A stretch of 64,000 bases of DNA. Source: Eledone cirrhosa. Lineage: Eukaryota. The notes under the pieces are model-generated. The model saw only the letters and a program-made list of their open reading frames with translations, was not told where the DNA came from and did no database searches. A program made the translations under genes and the position numbers. How positions within the stretch are numbered: position 1 is the first letter of the stretch; each line of letters opens with the position of its first letter. Below are positions 27,336 through 37,261 of the stretch, in pieces. The stretch is taken from NCBI GenBank assembly GCA_964016885.1, contig OZ024740.1, forward strand, positions 431,148,001-431,212,000, read 5' to 3'.

Positions 27336-27522
27336 TGTCAGTGTTGAACAAACGAGCAACGGTGGTTGCTAGACACTACGGCTTAATACGGGATGTTTGT
27401 TTACAAACACACCGAGCATTATAATAAATTTTCGGTGAATCCATACGTACATATATATATGTGTGCATGTATGTATATATATATATACATACTACTGTAC
27501 GTCTGTATACATATATGTATGT

Positions 27523-30500
27523 CATCATCATCACCGTTTTACGTCCGTTCTTCCACGCTAGCATGGGTTAGACGGGTTGTCCTGTTGTGGGCAGTGTCTG
27601 GTCGGCTGACCATGCCTTGCTCATACAGGAACTGATCTGGCTTGATTTCTACAGCTGGATGCCCTTCCTAACACCAACCTCATTTACAGTGAGTGCTGGG
27701 TGCTTTTTCGTGGCGCCTACACGTCCACTTTACAGTGTGGGCTGGGTGCTTTTTAGCCGTGGCACCTCCACGACCACCTTGCGGTGGGGGGTGTGGGGGC
27801 ATATTGTCTATATGCTTCAGCTTGTACCCATGGGAGGTCGGGTACTCTGTATTACTGCGTGACGCCAGAAGTCACGGTCGTGTGTCATTGTCTTTGAGAG
27901 GTGTAATTGGGTAAGGTCGGCTTTTATCACCTCATCCCAGGTCATCTTGGGTCTCCCCACTCCGCGGTTTCCATCAACTTCTAGTGCTCTGCACCTTTTT
28001 ATGCAGCTGTCATCCTTCATACGCATCACATGTCCATACCAGCGCAATCGCCTCTCCTGCACACAGCATTTGATTCCTCTTATGCTCAGTCTCTCTCTCA
28101 ATTCATTTATGCTTTGTCGTTCACGTATATTACTGTTACACATCCATCGGAGCATGCAGGCTTTGTTTCTCTCTAATCTACGTAAGTCTTCCACCTTCAG
28201 CGCCCAGGTCTCACTACCATGCAACATCGCTGTTCGGATACACGCATCATACAGTCTGCCTTTCATTCTGAGGGAGAAGCCTTTTGCAGCTAGCAGTGGT
28301 AGTAGTTCCCTAAACTTCTTCCATCCCGTTCTTACCCTAGTTATTGTACTTTCTGAACACCCACCTCCGTTGCTAATTCGGTCACCTAGGTAGCAGAAGC
28401 TGTTTACTGTTTCTACAGGGCCCTCCCAGAGATTGGTGATACTTGTTTCCTGTGGCTGTTTGCTGCTTGCTGTCTCAGCACAGCTGCTGCATGTGAATCC
28501 TACATTCTTAATTAAGCTTCCTGAGATCCCGCTACACCTCTTGTGTACCCATTGTTTGCATTTGGGGCAGAGAATGGAGTTCCTACCTACACCTTTCCTA
28601 CATACTGAGCAAGGCCATTTCCCTGAGGGGATCTGGGTTCTGTTTTCTCGTCTACTTACAAGGACCTTAGTCTTTGTCATGTTGACTTTGAGACCCTTTC
28701 TTTCTAGTCCCTGCTTCCAAGTTTGGAATTTATTCTCTAGTTCTACCATAGATTCAGCTATGAGTGCGAGGTCATCAGCATACAGGAGTTCCCATGGGCA
28801 TCCGGTCTTAAACTCCTCCGTTATTGCCTGCAGGACTATGATGAACAGGAGAGGGCTAAGAACGGAGCCCTGGTGGACCCCAACCTGTACGCTAAATTCC
28901 TCGCTATACTCATTGCTAATCCTAACTTTGCTGACTGCTCCCCTATACATGGCTTGTACCACTTTCACAAGCCATTCATCTACTCCTAGTTTTCTAAGAG
29001 CCCACCAGATTACAGCACGTGGAACTCTGTCAAAGGCTTTCTCAAGGTCGACAAATGCCAAGTAGAGTGGCTTACTTTTAGCTAGGTACTTTTCCTGTAA
29101 TTGCCTCACAAGGAAGAGGGCATCGGTGGTGCCTCTTCCTGGTACAAACCCAAATTGCATCTCGTCTATTTTCACCCGGTCCCTAATCAACTGTGCTATA
29201 ACTCTTTCTGTTACTTTCATGACCTGGTCCATCAGCTTTATACCTCTATAGTTTCCTCTATCTAGTGCATTGCCTTTACCTTTGTAGCAGTTGACAATGA
29301 TGCTACTGCACCAATCTTTTGGTATGGCACCTTCTAGTATTACCTGGTTAACGATACGTGTGGTTATAGTGTGACCTACAGACCCAGATGCCTTCAGCAT
29401 CTCGGCAGCTATACCCGATGGACCGGTTGCCTTCCCCATCTTCTTATCTTTGATTGCCTTACTTACTACGCTGCTGCTGACTTGTACTGCTGGCCCCTCT
29501 ATAGGGTCTACTTGGGGTAGGGTCTCTTCTTCCCATGCATTCTCCTCATTTAGTAATCTATCATAATGACTCTTCCATGCATCTTTCTTCTCAGCACTTG
29601 TGAGGGCAAGCTCACCTTTATCATTCCGGATACACTTCTCTCCAATGACATCACAACTATCTCTGACACACTGCCTCGCAATCTTGAATACCTCCTGTTT
29701 CTGGTCCTCGCGTTGTAAAACATGCTTGAATTTTCTATCTTCTGCTTCCCTCCTAGCTAAGTATACTTGTCGCCTAGCTTCCCTCTTGGTCTCTATGTAA
29801 TGTACCCTGCTCCCCCCGTTCTTCCATTCTTTCCATGCCTGTCTCTTGGCCTTAACTGCTTCATCTACCTTATTGTTCCACCACCAAGTCACTCTCCTCC
29901 TGCTTGAGGTCTTACTCCAGCCACAGACCTCATCCGTCGCCTCTAGTAAATTATTTTTTAGGAACTCCCAGTTCTCTTCTACATTAAATGTCTCTATCTG
30001 TTCTTCTTTACTGTCGTAGGCGTTGAGTAAAATATCTTTAAATCTGTTACTGGTTAAGGGGACTTTCAGCTTCCAGATCTTTCTTCTCCAGGTTGGCCTC
30101 TGTTTCCGGGTTCGTCTAGTTCTGACCGTGAGGTCGCTGACAACTAAGCTATGTTGGGATGTACACTCCTCACTAGGGAAGGCTTTTGTGTTTACGACCG
30201 TCCATCTGTCACATCCTCTGATGAGGATAAAATCTAACTGACTAGAGTGTTCCCCTGATCTATAGGTGATCAGGTGGTTGTCGGGTTTTTTAAAGTTTAT
30301 GTTACATATCGACATGTCATTGGCGTCGCAGAATTCTAGAAGTCTGAATCCTTCCTCATTCCTTGTGCCAACCCCATGGCCTCCATGTACTCTATTGAAG
30401 CCGTCGCAGTGTTTACCTACGTGTCCGTTAAAATCTCCTGCGATGATTAGGAAGTCATTGTCGTCTGTTAGAGCAGTAGTGTGCATTAGGGACTCGTAAA

Positions 30501-31450
30501 ACCTATCCTTAAGTTCGTCTGGCAGCCCCGATTGGGGTGCGTAAGCTGATATTATTGTGGTAATTGTTTTATTCAGGACTAGTCTGAGTTTAATGATTCT
30601 TGCATTTACCCTGTACACTGAGATTACTTTATCTACCCACTTGTCAGCTAGTAGTATACCTACACCACCCATCCCATCGTCATTTCCCACCCAGAAAAAT
30701 TTGTAGCACCGACTTTTTCCTACCAGGACTCTAGCAGACTCTCCTCTCCATCTAGTCTCTTGCACACAGCATACATCAATTTCCTTTCGCTCTAGCATTT
30801 CTACGATTTCTCCTGCTCTTCCTTTCATTGAGCCTACATTGATGGTACCAACTCGGAGTTTTGGGCATTTGTCGACACTCGTAGGGCAGGGTCTCTGGGT
30901 TGGCGCTTCACGTGGGTGCTTGGTAGCTCGCAGATTCATATTTCATCTATTGATTCAGAGTTGCTCAAATTTATTCTCAGCTCATCCATCCATAACGGTG
31001 GGAAAATTGAGGGCTAGAAGAACAGTGGTGGTGGGATAATGGCAGGGTGTGTTGGGCTGCGACAGAGGAGGAGAGAGTTAGTTAGGTAGTAGTAGCAGCA
31101 GCAGCAGCCGTGGAAATGGCATGCTGAGGTTTGATTGGTTGAATAGGCTATGGTGGTGTGAGAGGTTGGGTGGGAGGGAAATTGTGAGGTAGGCACTGAG
31201 GGTCGCATGGTAAATAACCGAGAGAGATACGATAGAATTAGAATACCGCATGGTAAATATTCGAAGTTAATACAGCAGAAAAACAGCAGTAATATTAACA
31301 ATAATAACGTCATAAAAACTAAGATACCTTCGAAAAATGGATGGGTGGCTGGAACGAAATGAAATCAACTCTAATGATACATTTTAGCAGATATATATTT
31401 AAGTAACAGCCGTACTAAGAGTGCGAAATGAAATTTTGTTTCATTTTTTC
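27523..31450 (-). mobile_element. Full-length RTE-clade LINE (family B): about 0.5-kb 5' region, single ORF, about 290-bp 3' UTR, (GAT)n tail; 5' boundary approximate
   Basis: Intact ORF. Tail AAAACGGTGATGATGATG at about 27523-27541. TA-rich flanks. Confidence 0.9.
27817..30939 (-). CDS. RTE retrotransposon polyprotein (APE endonuclease, reverse transcriptase, PHD-like C4HC3 finger), 1040 aa, uninterrupted
   Basis: APE motifs GTINVG, CCVQETRW, SAYAPQ, AGDFNGHVG, LDFIL and SQH. RT motifs NYRGIKL, QFGF, FVDLEKAFD, QGSVLSP and YADD. Finger CSVC..CPKC..H..C..CSSC. RTE C-terminus RLRWYGHV..GRPK.TW. Confidence 0.97.
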   Translation of the reverse strand: MNLRATKHPREAPTQRPCPTSVDKCPKLRVGTINVGSMKGRAGEIVEMLERKEIDVCCVQETRWRGESARVLVGKSRCYKFFWVGNDDGMGGVGILLADKWVDKVISVYRVNARIIKLRLVLNKTITTIISAYAPQSGLPDELKDRFYESLMHTTALTDDNDFLIIAGDFNGHVGKHCDGFNRVHGGHGVGTRNEEGFRLLEFCDANDMSICNINFKKPDNHLITYRSGEHSSQLDFILIRGCDRWTVVNTKAFPSEECTSQHSLVVSDLTVRTRRTRKQRPTWRRKIWKLKVPLTSNRFKDILLNAYDSKEEQIETFNVEENWEFLKNNLLEATDEVCGWSKTSSRRRVTWWWNNKVDEAVKAKRQAWKEWKNGGSRVHYIETKREARRQVYLARREAEDRKFKHVLQREDQKQEVFKIARQCVRDSCDVIGEKCIRNDKGELALTSAEKKDAWKSHYDRLLNEENAWEEETLPQVDPIEGPAVQVSSSVVSKAIKDKKMGKATGPSGIAAEMLKASGSVGHTITTRIVNQVILEGAIPKDWCSSIIVNCYKGKGNALDRGNYRGIKLMDQVMKVTERVIAQLIRDRVKIDEMQFGFVPGRGTTDALFLVRQLQEKYLAKSKPLYLAFVDLEKAFDRVPRAVIWWALRKLGVDEWLVKVVQAMYRGAVSKVRISNEYSEEFSVQVGVHQGSVLSPLLFIIVLQAITEEFKTGCPWELLYADDLALIAESMVELENKFQTWKQGLERKGLKVNMTKTKVLVSRRENRTQIPSGKWPCSVCRKGVGRNSILCPKCKQWVHKRCSGISGSLIKNVGFTCSSCAETASSKQPQETSITNLWEGPVETVNSFCYLGDRISNGGGCSESTITRVRTGWKKFRELLPLLAAKGFSLRMKGRLYDACIRTAMLHGSETWALKVEDLRRLERNKACMLRWMCNSNIRERQSINELRERLSIRGIKCCVQERRLRWYGHVMRMKDDSCIKRCRALEVDGNRGVGRPKMTWDEVIKADLTQLHLSKTMTHDRDFWRHAVIQSTRPPMGTS

Positions 31451-31489
31451 CGTTTATTCATATATAAATATATATATATATATGACAAA

Positions 31490-31765
31490 ATGTATCAAGT
31501 CCAAACTGTAAAGTGGTCGTGTAGGTGCCACGATAAAAAGTACCCAGTACAAACTGTAAAGTGGTCATGTAAGTGCCACAATGAAAAGCACCCAGTCAAC
31601 ACTGTAAATGTGGTTGGCGTTAAGTAGGGCATCCAGTCGTAGAAACCAAGCGAAAATCAGTTCTGTATAAGAAAGACATGGTCATCTGACCTGGCTTGTC
31701 TCAATGGGACAACTTGTCTAACTCATGCAAGCGTGTAAAATGGACCTTAGACGGTGATGATGATA
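31490..31765 (+). mobile_element. RTE family-B-like 3' UTR fragment
   Basis: Three ACTGTAAAGTGG subrepeats, GGCGTTAAGTAGGGCATCC and a (GAT)n tail. Confidence 0.75.
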
Positions 31766-31849
31766 TATATCCCTAAAAATTGAACATATTTTGTCTGCCT
31801 GAAAATATGGATTGCCTGAGTATGAAATATTGAATCACAATGTACGAGA

Positions 31850-32000
31850 GTCAGTGATGCTAGAGCTGTGAAATCTATTAATTTCAATTCTTAATAACTG
31901 CATTGTTTCTTTCCAGAGGCTATGCTGAAAACTAAACCTCATTCGGTCATTCCATGACAGTATCTTGGTCAGCCTATGAACCTTTAAGCCGATCCTCTTA
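31850..32000. mobile_element. Possible Tc1/mariner terminal fragment
   Basis: GGTCAGCCTATGAACCTTTAAGCCGATCCTCTTA resembles mariner-type terminal inverted repeats from memory. No partner end was found. Confidence 0.35.
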
Positions 32001-32364
32001 TTATCACTAATAGACCTATCTTTATATATAATCAATTTAGTTATATTTTGAAGGGAGAAAACTCCAAGTAAAAGGAAGCAAAATAAAAGTTATTGTCCCT
32101 TTATTTTATAATTTTTCAATTCTGAAAGGTAATCAATGAATTGACTGCTACAATAAACTGAAAATAACTTTCTTTATAATAAATATTACACTTCATTTAT
32201 CTTCATTCCCAAGTGTGAAGCTAATAAGAACTTGTGTTTTTACACCTCTGTGTTTCATTAGTTTATTCTTGAACTATATATAACTTTGATAAGTTCTGTC
32301 AGTGTTGGCCCAGGCTGTCTAACTTAATAGCACCACCTGGCAAAATCTTTCAAATCAAGATTTG

Positions 32365-32560
32365 GACACCATGACACACTCAAGTAGAGAGTTATTGTTT
32401 ACAGAAACATACCTAGGTGTAGGAGGTTTATCCAGAATTTCTTGGAGCAATTTGTCCAAAGACTTTTTGAATTTTATGGGATGTTTGTTTTAATGTGTTT
32501 TGGTGTAATGTTAAAGAGAGTGGGACCAATTAGGGGTGAAATAATTGGGCCATAATGTCA
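32365..32560 (-). mobile_element. CR1/L2-group LINE ORF2 3' fragment
   Basis: Minus strand reads GPTLFNITPKHIK...FKKSLDKLLQEILDKPPTPRY, similar to the GPxLFNxLP...FKxxLDxxLxxIPDxP ending of such LINEs. Confidence 0.55.
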
Positions 32561-33044
32561 TGAAATGCAAGTTTGATTTATATATATATATAGATAGATA
32601 GATAGATAGATAGATAGGTATAAGAGTGTGTGTTTGTGCAAGTGAGGGCTTTATATGTGTGCATGTGTGAATGTGTTTGTAGACACCTGACCATAGGCAT
32701 TGTTAGCTTAAGTGAACCTTAAAAATCAGGAGTGGCATCCCCAGAGTGAACCTGTCTATAGAATTCTTTCTGCCTTTGTTACTCTAAATATAGTTTTTAA
32801 AGAATTCCCTTTTCTTTAAACCCATCAACCAATGACCTCCACCCATCCCAATCACCACCCACTCCTACCACCATATTACTTGGGCAGTTGGCTTCTTGAT
32901 GATTTCTCCCAAATGAAACAGTTCTAGTCCTGTAAAAGCCTTTTCTATATTAAATATTTACTCTGCTTTGTATTGAGTACCTTACTTACTGTGGTTACCC
33001 CCAATTGAACGCAGGATAAACATATATATATATATATATATATT

Positions 33045-33730
33045 AGTACTGAACGGCAAGGTTAATGACACGTCGGACTAGTGGAAAAATACATCTCGTT
33101 TCGTCTGAAGAAATGTATAAGGTGTTATTATATATCTACCTTACATCTTTGAAATATGTATAACAAACTAGATAATAAAATGAAGGTGTACGGCTAAAAT
33201 CGTCTCTCTCGAGAGACGATTTTAGCAACAGTCTCAGCACCACAGACACTCTCTCTATATATTGATTGGTTAATTATTTATGCTTGTTTAATAACGTCTC
33301 GTTGAGAGCTTTATTCGGTTTGTGGAAAGCAATTTATTCAAAATTTGAATTTCGACCGCCAGCAGTTTTACTGCTAAAATTCACACCGGCGCGGCAGAGA
33401 ACGGATACCTGTTGAGAAAGTGAAACCTCTGTTCGATCTTCCAAAACCAATAACTTGCATACCCCGCAAGTGGATTTTGTTGATTTCGGATTCACAGAAA
33501 CTTGCTTAATATCGATGCATGGTCCAGGTTTGTCAAATTATCCTCAGTTGGTTTTCTCATTGCTTTGGTCCCTGCAGCTGGCTTACCGGTCGCAATCTTC
33601 AATTTGCTAAGCTGTCTAAACGTAATGTTATTACTCTACGGTAAAATACCTTATTGAGTGGTTAGCTGCACATTCCGATTGTATTCATTAGCTTGGCTGC
33701 AGCCAGAGGTTCAATTATGCTGAACTTCCA
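33045..33730. mobile_element. CpG-richer insertion between (TA)n tracts carrying a hammerhead and a hairpin; probable Penelope-like (PLE) terminal fragment
   Basis: Composition shift, hammerhead motif at 33093-33173 and a 16-bp-arm hairpin at 33193-33226. No ORF recognised. Confidence 0.45.
33093..33173 (+). ncRNA. Type I hammerhead ribozyme motif, slightly degenerate
   Basis: Stem I AUCUCGUUUCGU pairs with AC-AAACUAGAU. Core CUGAAGA at 33105. Long stem II AUGUAUAAGGU/ACCUUACAU. GAAA at 33151. Short stem III with AUA triplet at 33160-33162. Confidence 0.6.
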
Positions 33731-33746
33731 TTTGTATGTATATATA

Positions 33747-35330
33747 TCATCATTTTACGTCCGCTTTTCCCTGCTTGCAAGGGTGGGACGGGTCTTATTC
33801 AGCACAGCATCTCTCCACTCGTGACGGTCCTTCGTCATCTCCACCGTGAGCTTCAGCGATCTGAAGTCTGTTCTCACCACCTCCGCCCATGTTTTTCGTG
33901 GTCTACCTCTACCACGTCTTCCTTCAACTGGCATTTCCTGGCACTTCTTCACCTACCGGTCATCCTCCATGCGCATCACGTGTACATATCACTGCAGTCT
34001 CCTCTCTCGCACACTACATTCTATCCCTCTCAGACAGTTTCTCTCTCAACACATCCAACGGATCATGCTTACCTCATTTCTCTCCAGCCGTCGCATATCC
34101 TCTGCAGTTGCTGCCCATGTCTCACTACCATGCAGCATCGCGCTCCTCACACAGGCATCATATAACCGGTCTTTCGTACGCAGGGAGAAACCCTTCTTCG
34201 TCAGCAGAGAAAGCAGCTCCCTAAACTTCTTCCAACACGTCCCTATTCTAGATACTATGGCCTCGGAACACCCTCCTCCCATGCTAATCTGATAGCTCCT
34301 AGGTACCAGAAGCTATCCACCACTTCTATAGCATCCGCCTGCATTTGAAAAATGTGTCTATCAATGCGACTTCTACTGTCTAATATCCCTGTACATCTAC
34401 TGCATACGTATTTCTCCCTACCTGTTAGTTTTCCTGCTATCTCACTACATCTGTTGTGTACCCAGGATCTGTATTGTGTGCATTTTATAGAATTTATGCC
34501 AGTTCCTTTTCTGCATATCGAACATGGCCATTTCCCTGACGGAATCAGGGTTTTGTCCTCTTTTCTACTCATCAACACTTTTGTCTTAGCTAGGTTCACT
34601 CTCAGTCCTCTTGCTTCCAACTGCTGTTTCCATAGCCAGAATTTATTCTCTAGCTCCTCTACTGATTCTGCTATAAGAACCAGATCGTCAGCATAGAGAA
34701 GTTCCCATGGACAGCCAGTCTTAAACTCCTCTGTTATGGCTTGGAGGACTATAATGAACAAGAGCGGGCTGAGGACTGAACCTTAATGTACTCCTACTTG
34801 TATCTAGAATTCCTCACTAAACTCCATTCCTACCCTGACTTTACTGACAGTACCTCTGTACAAAGTTTGCACTGTCCTCACAAGCCATTCCTCAACACCT
34901 AGTTTCCTTAGGGACCATCAGATGACAGATCGGGTACCCTATCAAAGGCCAAGTATAGTGGCTTATTCTTCTCTAAGAACCTCTCTTGTAATTGTCTCAC
35001 CAAGAAGAGGGCATCTGTTGTACTTTTCCCAGACACAAAACCAAACTGCATCTCATCTAGTTTGACCCTTTCTCTAATTAGTTGTGCTAATATCCTTTCT
35101 GCCACTTTCATAACCTGATCCATCAGTTTTATACCCCTATAATTGCTCCTCTCCAGAGCATCCCCTTTACCTTTGTAGCAATTTATGAGAATACTGCTGC
35201 ACCAGTCTTTGGGTATGACACCACCATATATAGCCTGATTGATGATGCGTGCAACCAGTTTAGTGCCTACGTCCCCTGATGCCTTCAGCATCTCAGCAAC
35301 TATCCCCGACGGTCCAGCAGCCTTGCCATT
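33747..35330 (-). mobile_element. 5'-truncated RTE family-A copy (RT to 3' end), frameshifted
   Basis: ORFs 34908-35291, 34255-34761, 34046-34282 and 33755-33952 are homologous to the 24-25.8 kb copy. (TA)n on both flanks. Confidence 0.95.
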
Positions 35331-35396
35331 TATAATATATATATATATATATTATAGGTAACGAGGAATCAGTGATGCATCAAAACACAATTTATT

Positions 35397-35490
35397 AACA
35401 TATTACATATGTTTCTCCGACGATCAGTTCAAGGCAGGATCTATTATAGATTGAACCTGACTCTGCATTCACAAGGTCCTCAGATATGTT
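35397..35490 (-). ncRNA. Type I hammerhead ribozyme motif, sense to the host pre-mRNA
   Basis: Minus strand reads AACAUAU-CUGAGGA-(about 60-nt stem II region)-GAAA-CAUAUG-UA-AUAUGUU. Perfect 7-bp stem I, palindromic stem III and GUA triplet. Confidence 0.75.
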
Positions 35491-35505
35491 TATCGTTTTC
35501 AAGGC

Positions 35506-35842
35506 ATCATCATCATTTAACGTGTATCTTCCACGCTAGCATGGGTTTAGATGGGAATTGTCCCACGTGAGGCAAGATTGGTCGTCTTGCTCATATAGGA
35601 CTATCTGGCAGGTTTTCTATGGCTGGATGCCCTTCCTAACACCAACCACATTTACAGAGTGGACTGGGAGGTTTTTACCGTGTTACTTACACGGCCACAT
35701 TACAGTGTGGACTGTGTGTTTTTTTGTCGTGACACCTATACTACCTCATTTATTTAGGACTGGATGTTGTGGTACCAACATAACTTTACAGAGAAAGGGG
35801 TGGTGTTGATGGGGGTAGTGGATGGGGGTGTATATTTGGTTA
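35506..35842 (-). mobile_element. RTE family-B 3' UTR fragment
   Basis: Reverse complement of the 22170-22525 sequence, with an (ATC)n tail. Confidence 0.85.
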
Positions 35843-35904
35843 ATCTGCTCTGCGCGAGCATCGAGTGTTCATACTGCCTACAGACGCATTTATTGCAACC
35901 TTAC

Positions 35905-35907
<3 letters not shown>

Positions 35908-35958
<51 letters not shown>
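35908..35958. repeat. (TA)n microsatellite
   Basis: Direct reading. Confidence 0.95.
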
Positions 35959-35963
<5 letters not shown>

Positions 35964-36371
35964 AATTTTTCTAAGTTTATCATTACCAACCTCTGACGAA
36001 CCTGTCTCCTCTTCTTCCCCCATTAATTTCAATGGCTCACATAACACAATATCTTGCTTTCATCTTCATACCTTTTTATTTCTTTTGTTTCTACTCCTCA
36101 GAGTTTCTTGCTATAACTGACACAATACCTTTCCCTTGTCACATGAAATTCTATGTTTACTTGTCATAGTTTAATTGGTATAAGTTACTCTTTTGCCTCG
36201 TCTCTTACTCCACAGGACAGTACTTTGACTTGTGTCAGATAATGTGACACTGGAATTCTGTCTTTTTCATTTGTATTTTCATTTTTTTTAAAATTGTTTT
36301 TAGTTTCCTTGTTTCGTTCATTGTCGTGTCTTCTCTTTGTTCATTTTTCGAAGTTTATCATATATATATAT

Positions 36372-36553
36372 AATTGTTTCTACTTTTTTGGGGGCACAAA
36401 GCCAGCAATTACCCAGTGCATTACTGATACGTTATTTTATCGACCCCGTAAGGATGAAAGGCAAAGTTAACCTCAACGGGATTTGAACTCAGAATGGCAA
36501 GGGCCGTAACTCTATGCGTCAAAGCATGGCATCCGACCCTCTACCGATACTGC
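36372..36553 (-). mobile_element. tRNA-derived SINE (5' end clipped)
   Basis: Reverse complement of 36652-36835. B-box GAGTTCAAATCC. Confidence 0.85.
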
Positions 36554-36557
36554 ATAT

Positions 36558-36620
36558 ATCATCATCATCTTACGTCCGCTCTTCCCTGCTTGCAAGGGTG
36601 GGACGGGTCTTATTCAGCAC
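36558..36620 (-). mobile_element. Very short RTE family-A 3' end
   Basis: ATCATCATCATCTTACGTCCGCTCTTCCCTGCTTGCAAGGGTGGGACGGGTCTTATTCAGCAC matches 33747-33810. Confidence 0.85.
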
Positions 36621-36651
36621 ATATATATATATATAATATTATATATATAAT

Positions 36652-36835
36652 GGTGGATTGGCAGTATTGGTAGAGGGTCGGACGCCATGCTTTGACGCAT
36701 AGTTACGGCCCTTGCCATTCTGAGTTCAAATCCCGCCGAGGTTAACTTTGCCTTTCATCCTTACGGGATCGATAAATAAAGTACCAGTAATACACTGGAT
36801 ATTTGCTGGCCTTGTGCCAAAAGTAGAAACAATTA
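36652..36835 (+). mobile_element. tRNA-derived SINE
   Basis: A-box-like TGGCAGTATTGG and B-box GAGTTCAAATCC (36722). Central block GCCTTTCATCCTTACGGGATCGATAAATAAAGTACC resembles a conserved metazoan SINE domain. Other copies at 36372, 52881 and about 48305. Confidence 0.85.
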
Positions 36836-37017
36836 TATATATAATATTATAATACAATATGTTGAAAAGGTAACACACTAGAGAGAGATAGTGTGCCATC
36901 AATAAAACAGGGAAAACCACCAGTGTATGGATTCTATATCTATGGAAGGCAGGGTAGACACACAATAATTAAAAATATAAATTAAAATGTATATATGCAC
37001 CTCTATAACTATATAAC

Positions 37018-37098
37018 ACATACGTACAAATCCAAAGATATGTTTCGCCAGTAAGTTGTTGACAGAAATGAAATAGCCCATGGTTCATCAGCGTGTGT
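37018..37098 (-). ncRNA. Type I hammerhead motif (mirror copy in the left palindrome arm)
   Basis: Reverse complement of 37181-37261. Confidence 0.65.
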
Positions 37099-37180
37099 AA
37101 GACTATACATTTCAGACAACTCTAAGAGAATCTAAGATTCGCTTTAGATTCTCTTAGAGTTGTCTGAAATGTATAGTCTT

Positions 37181-37261
37181 ACACACGCTGATGAACCATG
37201 GGCTATTTCATTTCTGTCAACAACTTACTGGCGAAACATATCTTTGGATTTGTACGTATGT
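37181..37261 (+). ncRNA. Type I hammerhead motif
   Basis: Stem I ACACACG/CGUAUGU (1 mismatch). Core CUGAUGA at 37188. Stem II closed by CCA/UGG. GAAA at 37233. Stem III CAUAUC-UUUG-GAUUUG (1 mismatch). GUA at 37252-37254. Confidence 0.65.

Noticed and set aside
27947-30499. Plus-strand ORFs overlapping the RTE
   Set aside because: Antisense shadows of the RTE coding frame.
32412-32470. Possible extra exon with an AG|GTATGT donor on the minus strand
   Set aside because: The translation fits a CR1/L2-like LINE end, and the UBE2V alignment is complete without it.
36652-36740. tRNA gene
   Set aside because: A/B boxes are present but there is no cloverleaf, and the sequence continues into a repeated SINE body.
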